Assembly: GCA_048571215.1 (NCBI GenBank)
Contig: CP182352.1
Span: 3,264,001 to 3,328,000, forward strand
Direction of reading: 5' to 3'
Length of the DNA: 64,000 bases
Origin: Halarcobacter sp.
GTDB taxonomy: Bacteria; Campylobacterota; Campylobacteria; Campylobacterales; Arcobacteraceae
Positions 1 to 8,509 of the stretch are shown here, in pieces. The notes below the pieces were generated by a model, which ran no database searches, was not told where the DNA came from, and saw only the letters and a list, made by a program, of their open reading frames with translations. Position 1 is the first letter of the stretch; each line of letters opens with the position of its first letter. Both the position numbers and the translations under genes were made by a program.

Positions 1-1493
1 ATTAAATTCTCAATATTTTCATTTACATCTTCTTGGGCGAATTTTATTGAAGTTTTTTTATTGAATTGGGAATCAACTCCTTGTAAAAAACCACCAACAA
101 GTAGCTCAAATGCTGGCACAGTCTCTCCATCTTTTTTAATCTTTGTACCAATAAGTCCTATATCAACAATATGTGGATGGGCACAAGAGTTAGGACAACC
201 ATTTACACTTATACTTACACGTTGGTCAAAATCTGGAAATTTTGCTTCAAGATGTTCAACTAAACTTTTTGCAGTTCCTTTTGTTTCACTTATTGCAAAT
301 TTACAAAAATTTAATCCAGTACAAGCTTGCGTTCTAGCTTTAAAATTTGATGGGAAAGCACTGATTCCAATATCTTCCAATTCCTCTGCTAGTTTTTGTG
401 CCTTTGTTGTTGGTACATCAAGGATAATGATATTTTGTGTAACAGTTGCTTTTATCTTACTTGCTTCATATTTTTCTAATAGTGTTATTAGGTTTTTTAA
501 GCCTTTAGCTCCTATACTCCCACTATTTAAGGCACAACCAATATAACTTTTGCCTTTTTCTTTACTCTCGTGGATACCAAAATGTTCCCTTTGTTTTGAG
601 TTTGTGTATTCTAACTCTTTTGGTTCTTTGATTCTAAAGCTAAGGTTTGATTGTAGTGTTTCTACAAATTTTTCAATTCCCCAAGCATCGATTAGGTGTC
701 CAAGTCTAGCTTTTCTTCTGTTTACTCTAAGACCATCTTCTTTATATATTTTTGTAACAGCTTTTGCCAATGGAACAACTTGTGATGGTGCAACATACCC
801 AATATGTTTTGCGATTTGTTTATTTGAAGCTAAACCACCACCAACACTAACTGCGTATTGAATTCTTCCATTCTCTTGTTTTACTGCATTGAAACTTAAG
901 TCTTGCATCTCATGGTTCATACAGTTTTTACAGCAACCATTTACCCCAACTTTATATTTTCTTGGAAGATTTGAGAAGTTTTTATTACCTTTAAAGACTG
1001 CATTTAGTTTCTCAACAATATCTGTAGTATCTGTAATTTCATCATGGTCTATTCCATTTACTGGACATGATACAACATTTCTAGGAACATCACCCGCTGC
1101 AAAGATTGAACATAGTTTTACTGTGTCTAAAAGTCTAAATATTTCAGGCAAATCTACAACTCTTATATAATGAAACTGTATATCTTGTCTTGTTGTAAAA
1201 TCAGCTGTTCCCCTTGCATAGGTTTCACTGATTTGTTCTATAACTTTTAGTTGCTCTAAATTTAACAAGCCCCCTTCAAGTTTTACCCTAAGCATAAAAT
1301 ATAAAGTTGGGTCATTCTCATCTTGTAGATTTCTATTTTGAGTATACATTCCATACCATTTAAATCTATCTATATCTTCAGGGTCTACCTCTTCACCTGT
1401 TATTGCATATCGATAGATGTCTTGAAGTACATCAAGACCATCTTTTTCTATTTTTATACGCTCAACTCTTTGAGCATTTGTTTCTTTTGCCAT
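1..1493 (-). CDS. Ferredoxin-dependent nitrite/sulfite reductase (siroheme/4Fe-4S), 3' end runs off the window
   Basis: Hand translation from ATG at 1493 gives MAKETNAQRVERIKIEKDGLDV; siroheme/Fe-S motifs ACTGLNFCKFA and VNGCPNSCAHPH are present; it lies directly downstream of cysN. Not in the ORF track because it is truncated. Confidence 0.9.
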   Translation of the reverse strand, partial: MAKETNAQRVERIKIEKDGLDVLQDIYRYAITGEEVDPEDIDRFKWYGMYTQNRNLQDENDPTLYFMLRVKLEGGLLNLEQLKVIEQISETYARGTADFTTRQDIQFHYIRVVDLPEIFRLLDTVKLCSIFAAGDVPRNVVSCPVNGIDHDEITDTTDIVEKLNAVFKGNKNFSNLPRKYKVGVNGCCKNCMNHEMQDLSFNAVKQENGRIQYAVSVGGGLASNKQIAKHIGYVAPSQVVPLAKAVTKIYKEDGLRVNRRKARLGHLIDAWGIEKFVETLQSNLSFRIKEPKELEYTNSKQREHFGIHESKEKGKSYIGCALNSGSIGAKGLKNLITLLEKYEASKIKATVTQNIIILDVPTTKAQKLAEELEDIGISAFPSNFKARTQACTGLNFCKFAISETKGTAKSLVEHLEAKFPDFDQRVSISVNGCPNSCAHPHIVDIGLIGTKIKKDGETVPAFELLVGGFLQGVDSQFNKKTSIKFAQEDVNENIENL

Positions 1494-1498
1494 ATAAA

Positions 1499-2974
1499 TT
1501 ATCCTAAAATCTCTTTACAACCCCACTCAGGGAAGTTTTCTCTAATATAAGCATTTAATGCAATCTCAGCTTGTGTATATTCTTTTTGTGGAACAGTCTC
1601 TTCTGAACTCTGAACACTATCTATAATCATACCAGCACCAACAGTTGAGTTTGTATATCTATCTATGATAATAAAACTTCCTGTATGTCTATTTTCATTA
1701 TAAGGATCAACTGCAATTTGTCTATCTAAAGATAAAGTACATTTTGCAATATCATTTAGCTCTAAAGAGTTAGTTGCTAGCTCTTCAAATGTATTTACTT
1801 CTTTTTTATACTCTATTGATTTAAATGTACCATTGATAACAGAGGTAGCTCTTTTAATAATATAGTTACTATTAAGTTCAAGTTTTTTCTCATCCATCCA
1901 AACAACCATCACTTCAAGCTTATTTGATACTTGTGGGATAGAGTTTGATTTTACAATCATATCACCTCTACTGATATCTATCTCATCTTTTAGTGTAATA
2001 GTTGTAGCCATTGGTGCAAAGGCTGTTTCTATAGTTTCAACTGTTTCATCTTTTCCTATTGGTCTTAAATCTTTAATCTCATTTGAAACAATAGATTTTA
2101 CAACTGAAGTTTTACGTGAAGGTAAAATTGTAATCTCATCACCTACACTAATACTTCCACTTGCAATTGTTCCAGAAAATCCTCTAAAGTTTAGATGAGG
2201 TCTTGATACATATTGAACTGGTAATCTAAAATCATGATTTTCAGTTTTATGAATATCAATAGTATCTAATAATTCCATAAGTGGAAGACCTTTATACCAA
2301 GTTGATTTTGGTGAATTTGTAAGGATATTATCTCCATCTAATGCAGAGATTGGGATATACTCAAAATTGATATCTTCATTATGTGGAAGATTAGGAATAA
2401 TTGTTTCATAATCTTTTTTTATCTCTTCAAATCTATCTTTGCTAAAATCAACCAAATCCATTTTATTTATAGCAACAATAAGATTTTTAATCCCAAGAAG
2501 AGAAGCTATAAAAGAGTGTCTTTTTGTTTGTGTTAAAACCCCTTGTCTTGCATCAATTAAGATAATAGCCACATCAGCTGTACTAGCACCCGTTGCCATA
2601 TTTCTTGTGTATTGTTCATGTCCTGGAGTATCTGCTATGATAAATTTTCTTTTTTCAGTTGAAAAGAATCTATAAGCAACATCAATAGTAATACCTTGTT
2701 CTCTCTCACTAGCTAATCCATCAACTAAAAGTGCTAAGTCAATTTTATCTCCAGTGGTTCCACTTTTTTTACTATCTTTTTCAATTGCAGCTAATTGGTC
2801 TTCAAAAATCATTTTTGAATCATAAAGTAATCTTCCTATTAGAGTACTTTTCCCATCATCAACTGAACCACATGTTATAAATCTTAGTATCTCTTTATTT
2901 TCATGTTCTTTTAAATATGCTTCTATACCGATAGTCGATAGTCGATTGTCGATAGTCGATTGATTTACTGCCAT
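1499..2974 (-). CDS. cysN: Sulfate adenylyltransferase subunit 1 (GTPase), no fused APS kinase domain
   Basis: GSVDDGKSTLIGRLL, EREQGITIDVAYR, DTPGHEQYTRNM and NKMD motifs. Confidence 0.96.
   Translation of the reverse strand: MAVNQSTIDNRLSTIGIEAYLKEHENKEILRFITCGSVDDGKSTLIGRLLYDSKMIFEDQLAAIEKDSKKSGTTGDKIDLALLVDGLASEREQGITIDVAYRFFSTEKRKFIIADTPGHEQYTRNMATGASTADVAIILIDARQGVLTQTKRHSFIASLLGIKNLIVAINKMDLVDFSKDRFEEIKKDYETIIPNLPHNEDINFEYIPISALDGDNILTNSPKSTWYKGLPLMELLDTIDIHKTENHDFRLPVQYVSRPHLNFRGFSGTIASGSISVGDEITILPSRKTSVVKSIVSNEIKDLRPIGKDETVETIETAFAPMATTITLKDEIDISRGDMIVKSNSIPQVSNKLEVMVVWMDEKKLELNSNYIIKRATSVINGTFKSIEYKKEVNTFEELATNSLELNDIAKCTLSLDRQIAVDPYNENRHTGSFIIIDRYTNSTVGAGMIIDSVQSSEETVPQKEYTQAEIALNAYIRENFPEWGCKEILG
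2929..2963. repeat. Heptamer tandem array C, 5 units of CGAT(A/T)GT, inside the 5' end of cysN
   Basis: Read directly: CGATAGT CGATAGT CGATTGT CGATAGT CGATTGA. Confidence 0.92.
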
Positions 2975-3327
2975 TATTTCTTTTCCTCTTTATTTATACT
3001 ATTAATTAATCCTGTTAACATTTTTCCTATTTCCTCTAGGTCTTTTATCCATTTATTACCAATGTTTGTATCTATATATTTTATCTTCATACCTATATAG
3101 ATTTGGGTTTGTGCTTCAGCTAAAGAGCCTCTTGCTATATCTAAGAATCTAATTTTTTCTTTGTCTGAAATTCTTTCTAAGCCCTCAGCTATATTACTAG
3201 GAATTGACAATCCACTTCTAGTAATTTGATCTTTAAATCCATAATCTTTTAGACTAGCAAGTTCTAAATAGATTTCAGATGATAAAGCAGCTGATTTTTT
3301 CCAAACATCTAAATTTTTACATTTCAT
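2974..3327 (-). CDS. Four-helix-bundle protein (23S rRNA intervening-sequence protein / Avd-like family)
   Basis: LDVWKKS...YGFKDQITRSGLSIPSNIAEG...RFLDIARGSLAEAQTQI; AAGGA RBS at 3336-3340; its stop overlaps the cysN ATG (TAATG). Confidence 0.92.
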   Translation of the reverse strand: MKCKNLDVWKKSAALSSEIYLELASLKDYGFKDQITRSGLSIPSNIAEGLERISDKEKIRFLDIARGSLAEAQTQIYIGMKIKYIDTNIGNKWIKDLEEIGKMLTGLINSINKEEKK

Positions 3328-3349
3328 ATTATTATTCCTTAGTTAATAA

Positions 3350-3402
3350 CAATAGTCAATTGTCCATAGTATTTCTATTGACTATAGACCATCGACTATT
3401 GA
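3350..3402. repeat. Two heptamer arrays in inverted orientation (B 3350-3370, A 3375-3402) between cysD and the four-helix-bundle gene
   Basis: CAATAGT CAATTGT CCATAGT, a 4-nt gap, then CTATTGA CTATAGA CCATCGA CTATTGA abutting the cysD stop. Confidence 0.88.
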
Positions 3403-4314
3403 CTAAAAATACCCCTCTTGTTTTTTCTTCTCCATTGATGCTTCACCATCACTATCTATAAGTCTTCCTTGTCTCTCACTAGTTGTACAAATCAACATCT
3501 CTTGAATAATCTCAGGGAGTGTTGTTGCTTCACTATTTACTGCACCTGTTAAGGGATAACAACCAAGTGTTCTAAATCTCACTTTCTCTTTTTTAGCAGT
3601 TTTTCGTAATTCTTCAGGCATTCTATCATCATCAACCATGATTTTTGTACCCATATATTCTACTACTTCACGCTCTTTTGAGAAGTATAAATCAGGAATA
3701 GGAATCTTTTCTAAATAGATATATTGCCAAATATCAAGTTCTGTCCAGTTTGATATTGGAAAAACTCTAATAGATTCACCTTTTGTGTGTCTTCCATTAT
3801 ATATATTCCATAACTCTGGTCTTTGGTTTTTTGGATCCCATCTATGGTTTTCATCTCTAAAAGAGTAGATTCTCTCTTTTGCACGAGATTTCTCTTCATC
3901 CCTTCTTGCTCCACCAAATACTGCATCAAATTTTTGCATATCTAGCATCTGTTTTAGACCTTCTGTTTTCATAATATCAGTATGAACAGCACTTCCATGA
4001 GTAAAAGGGGAGATATTCATCTCTAAACCTTTTGGATTAGAATAAACAATAAGTTCCATTCCAACCTCTTTTGCCCGTCTATCACGAAACTCTATCATCT
4101 CTTTAAACTTCCAAGTTGTATCAACATGTACTAATGGAAGTGGTGGAGGTGCTGGATAAAAAGCTTTTTGTAAAATATGTAGCATTACAGAAGAATCTTT
4201 TCCTACTGAGTACAGCATTGCTGGGTTTTGAAACTCTGCTATTACTTCTCTCATTATATGTATTGATTCTGCTTCTAGCTGTTTTAAATGGGTAAGTCTT
4301 TCCTTACTTATCAT
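3403..4314 (-). CDS. cysD: Sulfate adenylyltransferase subunit 2
   Basis: [39 protein letters not shown]-terminal KKQEGYF. Confidence 0.97.
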   Translation of the reverse strand: MISKERLTHLKQLEAESIHIMREVIAEFQNPAMLYSVGKDSSVMLHILQKAFYPAPPPLPLVHVDTTWKFKEMIEFRDRRAKEVGMELIVYSNPKGLEMNISPFTHGSAVHTDIMKTEGLKQMLDMQKFDAVFGGARRDEEKSRAKERIYSFRDENHRWDPKNQRPELWNIYNGRHTKGESIRVFPISNWTELDIWQYIYLEKIPIPDLYFSKEREVVEYMGTKIMVDDDRMPEELRKTAKKEKVRFRTLGCYPLTGAVNSEATTLPEIIQEMLICTTSERQGRLIDSDGEASMEKKKQEGYF

Positions 4315-4378
4315 AATCTCTCCATTAATTGTATTTAAATATTTTTTTAGATTCTTTCAAATTAAAAGTTTGATTCAT

Positions 4379-5074
4379 CTATTTTGCGTGTAATCCACAC
4401 TCTTTATGTTCTGGGTTCTCCCACCACCATCTTCCACTTCTAATATCTTCACCTTCTTTTACAGCCCTTGTACAGGGTGCACATCCAATACTTGGAAACC
4501 CAAGGTCATGAAGTTTATTGTATGGGACTTTGTTTTCTTTTATATATTTCCATACATCTTCTTCACTCCAATTAATTAAAGGGTTTACTTTTATTACATG
4601 GAAATTTTCATCGTATTCAATTACTGGCATATCAACTCTTGTTACACTTTGAGCTGCTCTTAGTCCTGTAATCCAAACCTTTAGAGGTTTTAATGCTCTT
4701 TTTAAAGGCTCAATTTTTCTAATATTACAACATCTTTTTCTATTATCAATACTTTCAAAGTGTCCATTTACCCCTTGAAGTTTATATAGTTTTTCTACAT
4801 CTTCATTTAGTGGGAAAAATATCTCTAGTTTAATACCATATTTTAAATTTGTTGCATCCATAACATTATAGGTTTCTGGATGTAATCTTCCCGTATCTAG
4901 TGTAAATATGTTTGCATTTTTATCTATTTTCAAAATCATATCTGTCAAAACTTGATCTTCAGCACCCAAGCTACTTGAAAGTGCTGCTTCTTGTTTATAC
5001 TCAGTTAAAAAATATTTTAAAATATCTTGAGCATTTGTATTTTTAAATTTTTTATTTAAATCTTCAATATCCAT
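4379..5074 (-). CDS. cysH: Adenylyl-sulfate (APS) reductase, thioredoxin-dependent, 4Fe-4S type
   Basis: LDTGRLHPETY, CCNIRKIEPL, SIGCAPCT, GRWWWE and KECGLH motifs. Confidence 0.93.
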   Translation of the reverse strand: MDIEDLNKKFKNTNAQDILKYFLTEYKQEAALSSSLGAEDQVLTDMILKIDKNANIFTLDTGRLHPETYNVMDATNLKYGIKLEIFFPLNEDVEKLYKLQGVNGHFESIDNRKRCCNIRKIEPLKRALKPLKVWITGLRAAQSVTRVDMPVIEYDENFHVIKVNPLINWSEEDVWKYIKENKVPYNKLHDLGFPSIGCAPCTRAVKEGEDIRSGRWWWENPEHKECGLHAK

Positions 5075-5082
5075 TATCTACC

Positions 5083-5307
5083 TTAAATCTGATAATCTGG
5101 TTCTTTTACTTTTCCAAAAGAGATTTTATTCCAAGCTCTTTCATGAAAATAATATAAAATCATTTTTGTAACAACTTCAATAGAACCAATTGAAGCAGCC
5201 ATAATTAGGTTGCCTGTTACTAAATATGAGATTATCATTGTGTCTAAGGTTCCTACTGTTCTCCATGATACTGTTTTAGCAACAGATCTATATGCCTTTT
5301 CCGCCAT
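5083..5307 (-). CDS. DUF2061 small membrane protein
   Basis: RSVAKTVSWR...YYFHERAW pattern; typical of sulfur-assimilation clusters. Confidence 0.85.
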   Translation of the reverse strand: MAEKAYRSVAKTVSWRTVGTLDTMIISYLVTGNLIMAASIGSIEVVTKMILYYFHERAWNKISFGKVKEPDYQI

Positions 5308-5349
5308 TTTTGTCCCTCATTCTAATCATTTATACTAAGATGAGTATTC

Positions 5350-6276
5350 CTACTCATCGTCGTATAAACCAGAACTTAAGTATCTTTCCCCTGTATCACA
5401 AAGAATAGTAACTATAACTTTCCCTTTGTTTTCTGGTTTAGAAGCTATTTTTTCTGCAATAAACACATTTGCACCTGCTGAAACACCAACAAGTAGTCCC
5501 TCTTGATTTGCAAGTTTTCTTGAAGTTGCTATTGCGTCTTCATTTGATACTTGAACAACTTCATCATAAACTTCAGTATTTAAAATATCTGGAACAAATC
5601 CAGCTCCAATACCTTGAATTCTATGAGGTCCTGGTTTCCCACCACTCAATACAGGTGATGCTTCTGGTTCAACTGCAATCACTTGAATATCTGGATTGTG
5701 TGCTTTTAAAATTTCACCCGTACCTGTAATAGTTCCACCTGTTCCAATTGCTGCAACTAAGATGTCAATTTTTCCATCAGTATCAGCTAAAATCTCTTTT
5801 GCTGTTGTTTGTCTATGAATCTCTGGATTTGCTTCATTTGCAAATTGTTGAGGAACAAAAGAGTTAGGTGTTTGTTCTGCTAATTCATTTGCTTTATCAA
5901 CTGCACCTTTCATACCTTTTTCTGGTTCTGTTAAAACAAGTTCAGCTCCAAGTGCTTTTAGAAGTTTTCTTCTTTCGATACTCATTGAAGAAGGCATTGT
6001 AAGTGTAAGTTTTATTCCAAGACCTGCACAAACAGAAGCTAAGGCAATCCCTGTATTACCACTTGTTGGCTCAAATACAACTGTATCTTCATTGATTAAA
6101 CCTTTTTCTAAAGCTGATTTAATCATATTTGTCCCAATTCTATCTTTTACTGAATGAGTAGGGTTCATAAACTCACATTTTCCTAATATTGTTGCTCCTG
6201 CTCTTTCACTAGCTTTTTGAAGCTTAACTAATGGCGTATTTCCAATTAACTCTGTAACATTTTGTGCAAATTTCAT
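5350..6276 (-). CDS. cysK: Cysteine synthase A (O-acetylserine sulfhydrylase)
   Basis: IGNTPLV, NPTHSVKDRIG (PLP lysine), PTSGNTG, GTGGT, QGIGAGF; start moved to MKFAQ (ATG at 6276, AAGGA upstream). Confidence 0.96.
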   Translation of the reverse strand: MKFAQNVTELIGNTPLVKLQKASERAGATILGKCEFMNPTHSVKDRIGTNMIKSALEKGLINEDTVVFEPTSGNTGIALASVCAGLGIKLTLTMPSSMSIERRKLLKALGAELVLTEPEKGMKGAVDKANELAEQTPNSFVPQQFANEANPEIHRQTTAKEILADTDGKIDILVAAIGTGGTITGTGEILKAHNPDIQVIAVEPEASPVLSGGKPGPHRIQGIGAGFVPDILNTEVYDEVVQVSNEDAIATSRKLANQEGLLVGVSAGANVFIAEKIASKPENKGKVIVTILCDTGERYLSSGLYDDE

Positions 6277-6286
6277 TTTATTTCCT

Positions 6287-6700
6287 TTATATACTATAGT
6301 GTAAAAATTCGTTATATTTATCTTGATATTCATCTAGTTTTGATAGATTGATATCGAAGATATCCTTCATACCTCTTTTAGCATCATCAAAGAAGATATT
6401 CAAAATAGGATTTTCAGTTTTATTATCAATGATTTTCAAATCACCTTCTAATGCAACTAAAATATCTTTTACAGATATCTGCTCTGGTTTTTTTGCTAAT
6501 ATATACCCACCTTTTGCTCCTCTAATACTTTTAACTAAATCAGCTCGTCTTAGTTTACTCAGTAGTTGCTCAAGATAATTTTGAGGTATATTTGCATTTG
6601 AAGATATTTCCCTAATTTGCATGGGAGTATCTTCATCATGCTTACTTAATTCATACATGGCAGTTAAACCATATACACCTTTTGTTGATATCAAAGGCAT
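6287..6700 (-). CDS. Rrf2-family transcriptional regulator, CymR-like (no cysteines)
   Basis: STKGVYGL, YLEQLLSKLRRADLVKSIRGAKGGY winged HTH; C-terminal LHYSI. Confidence 0.9.
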   Translation of the reverse strand: MPLISTKGVYGLTAMYELSKHDEDTPMQIREISSNANIPQNYLEQLLSKLRRADLVKSIRGAKGGYILAKKPEQISVKDILVALEGDLKIIDNKTENPILNIFFDDAKRGMKDIFDINLSKLDEYQDKYNEFLHYSI

Positions 6701-6709
6701 AATAATACC

Positions 6710-7984
6710 TTAACTTAATGCTTGTTCTAAATCTTCAATCAAATCTTTTGAATCTTCTAATCCAATAGATAACCTAATAGTAGTTGGATTAACTCCAGCT
6801 TCTTTTAATCCCTCTTCACTTAATTGTGAGTGTGTTGTTGAAGCAGGGTGTACTATTAAAGATTTTGAATCTCCAATATTTACAACTACACTAAATAGTT
6901 TTGCTTTGTCAATAATCGCTTTTGCTGTATCGTAATCTTCTACTTCAAAAGAGATAAGTCCTGAAGCTTTACCATCTTTGAAATACTTTTGTGCTTTTTC
7001 ATAGTTGTCATTTGACTTAAGACCTGGATAGTTAACTGATTTAACTTTTGGGTTTGATTCAAGATATTTTGCTACTTCTAAAGAAGTACTTGAGTGTTTT
7101 TCAACTCTAATAGATAAAGTTTCTAAACCTTGAATTAAAAGCCAAGAGTTTAATGGTGATTGAGTTGCTCCAATATCTCTTAAAAGATTTAGTCTAATTC
7201 TTAGACAAAAATTTGGTAAAGGAACATCTGTATAAACTAATCCATGGTATGATTCATCAGGTTCACAAAAGTGATAATATCTTTTTGAATTCTCTTTAAA
7301 GAATTCAGCTAAACCATCTCTTTCTATTACAATTCCACCTACAGCTGTACCTTGACCATTTGTGTATTTAGAAGTTGAGTGAACTACAATATCTACTCCC
7401 CATGAGATTGGATTAAATAAGGCTGCTGTTGCAACTGTATTATCACATATAGTCAATACACCATGTTTTTTTGCTATTTTAACTATAGCTTCCACATCTG
7501 CAATTGCAATTTGTGGATTTGATAATGATTCAAAGAAGATAGCTTTTGTATTTTCATCAATTTGCTCTTCTAAGTTTGAAGCATCTGCACTTTTAAATAC
7601 TTTTGCTTTAATACCAAATCTTTTAATTGTATGTGTTAATAGGGTAATTGCACCACCATAAAGTTTATCTGAGATAATGATATTATCTCCAGCTTCTGCA
7701 ACATTTGCGATTGCATAAAAAATTGCAGCTTGTCCACTTGCTGTACAAATACCAGCTGCTCCACCTTCAAGTTGAGCATATCTTTGCTCTAATACATCTG
7801 TTGTAGGATTAGTAAGTCTTGTATAGATTGGTCCTAACTCTTTTAATGCAAATAAGTTTGCAGCGTGCTCTGCATCTCTAAAAGCATAAGCAGTAGTTTG
7901 TGTAATAGGAACTGACATTGTTCCAAAACCCTCTTTTTTATCGTATCCTGCGTGAATTGCTATTGTATCTTTTTGCATATACAT
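6710..7984 (-). CDS. metY: O-acetylhomoserine aminocarboxypropyltransferase / cysteine synthase (MetY family)
   Basis: IYTRLTNPT, ASGQAA, LYGG, HSTSKY (PLP lysine), NIGDSKSLIVHPASTTHSQL. Confidence 0.92.
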   Translation of the reverse strand: MYMQKDTIAIHAGYDKKEGFGTMSVPITQTTAYAFRDAEHAANLFALKELGPIYTRLTNPTTDVLEQRYAQLEGGAAGICTASGQAAIFYAIANVAEAGDNIIISDKLYGGAITLLTHTIKRFGIKAKVFKSADASNLEEQIDENTKAIFFESLSNPQIAIADVEAIVKIAKKHGVLTICDNTVATAALFNPISWGVDIVVHSTSKYTNGQGTAVGGIVIERDGLAEFFKENSKRYYHFCEPDESYHGLVYTDVPLPNFCLRIRLNLLRDIGATQSPLNSWLLIQGLETLSIRVEKHSSTSLEVAKYLESNPKVKSVNYPGLKSNDNYEKAQKYFKDGKASGLISFEVEDYDTAKAIIDKAKLFSVVVNIGDSKSLIVHPASTTHSQLSEEGLKEAGVNPTTIRLSIGLEDSKDLIEDLEQALS

Positions 7985-8011
7985 TCCTTATGTAAAATTA
8001 AATTATATGAA

Positions 8012-8040
8012 ATTGTATAATATTTTTTTTACAATGTCAA
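8012..8040 (-). promoter_or_regulatory. Sigma70 promoter of the sulfur-assimilation operon
   Basis: Minus strand TTGACA (8040-8035), 17-bp spacer, TACAAT (8017-8012). Confidence 0.75.
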
Positions 8041-8179
8041 GTATTTTAATAGTGATTATGTTAATATGCTTTAAAATAGTAGGTTATTGGAATGTTGATT
8101 AAATTAATTGACATTAATATTTTAATTAAGAAAACCTAAGTTATAATGCCCTTGAATAAACAATTTTAGGATAAATTAG

Positions 8180-8509
8180 ATGATAGAAAAATTAAATATA
8201 TTTGATTCTTTACCAATAGATAAAGAGAATGAAAAATTTTTTGAAATTTTTAAAAATGAGAATATAAGAATAGAAAAAATTGTTTCAAATGGTCAAAAAT
8301 CTTTAGAAAATTTTTGGTATGACCAAAAAGAGAATGAATTTATTCTACTTTTACAAGGGGATGCTATTTTGGAAGTTATTGAAAATAATGATATCAAAGA
8401 GATAAAATTAAAAACAGGAGATTATTTAGATATAAAAGCCCATGTTAAACACAGAGTTGCATATACAAGTGAGAGTAAAACAACAATTTGGTTAGCTATT
8501 TTTTATTGA
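8180..8509 (+). CDS. Cupin-domain protein
   Basis: IRIEKIVSNGQ, WYDQKENEFILLLQG, HVKHRV, TIWLAIFY. Confidence 0.85.
   Translation: MIEKLNIFDSLPIDKENEKFFEIFKNENIRIEKIVSNGQKSLENFWYDQKENEFILLLQGDAILEVIENNDIKEIKLKTGDYLDIKAHVKHRVAYTSESKTTIWLAIFY

Noticed and set aside
61..1550. Plus-strand ORFs at 61-546, 550-861, 889-1170 and 1338-1550
   Set aside because: Antisense shadows of the sulfite reductase and cysN; no motifs recognised.
2974..3327. Diversity-generating retroelement suggested by the Avd-like gene
   Set aside because: No reverse transcriptase and no TR/VR repeat pair with adenine-specific differences is visible in the window.
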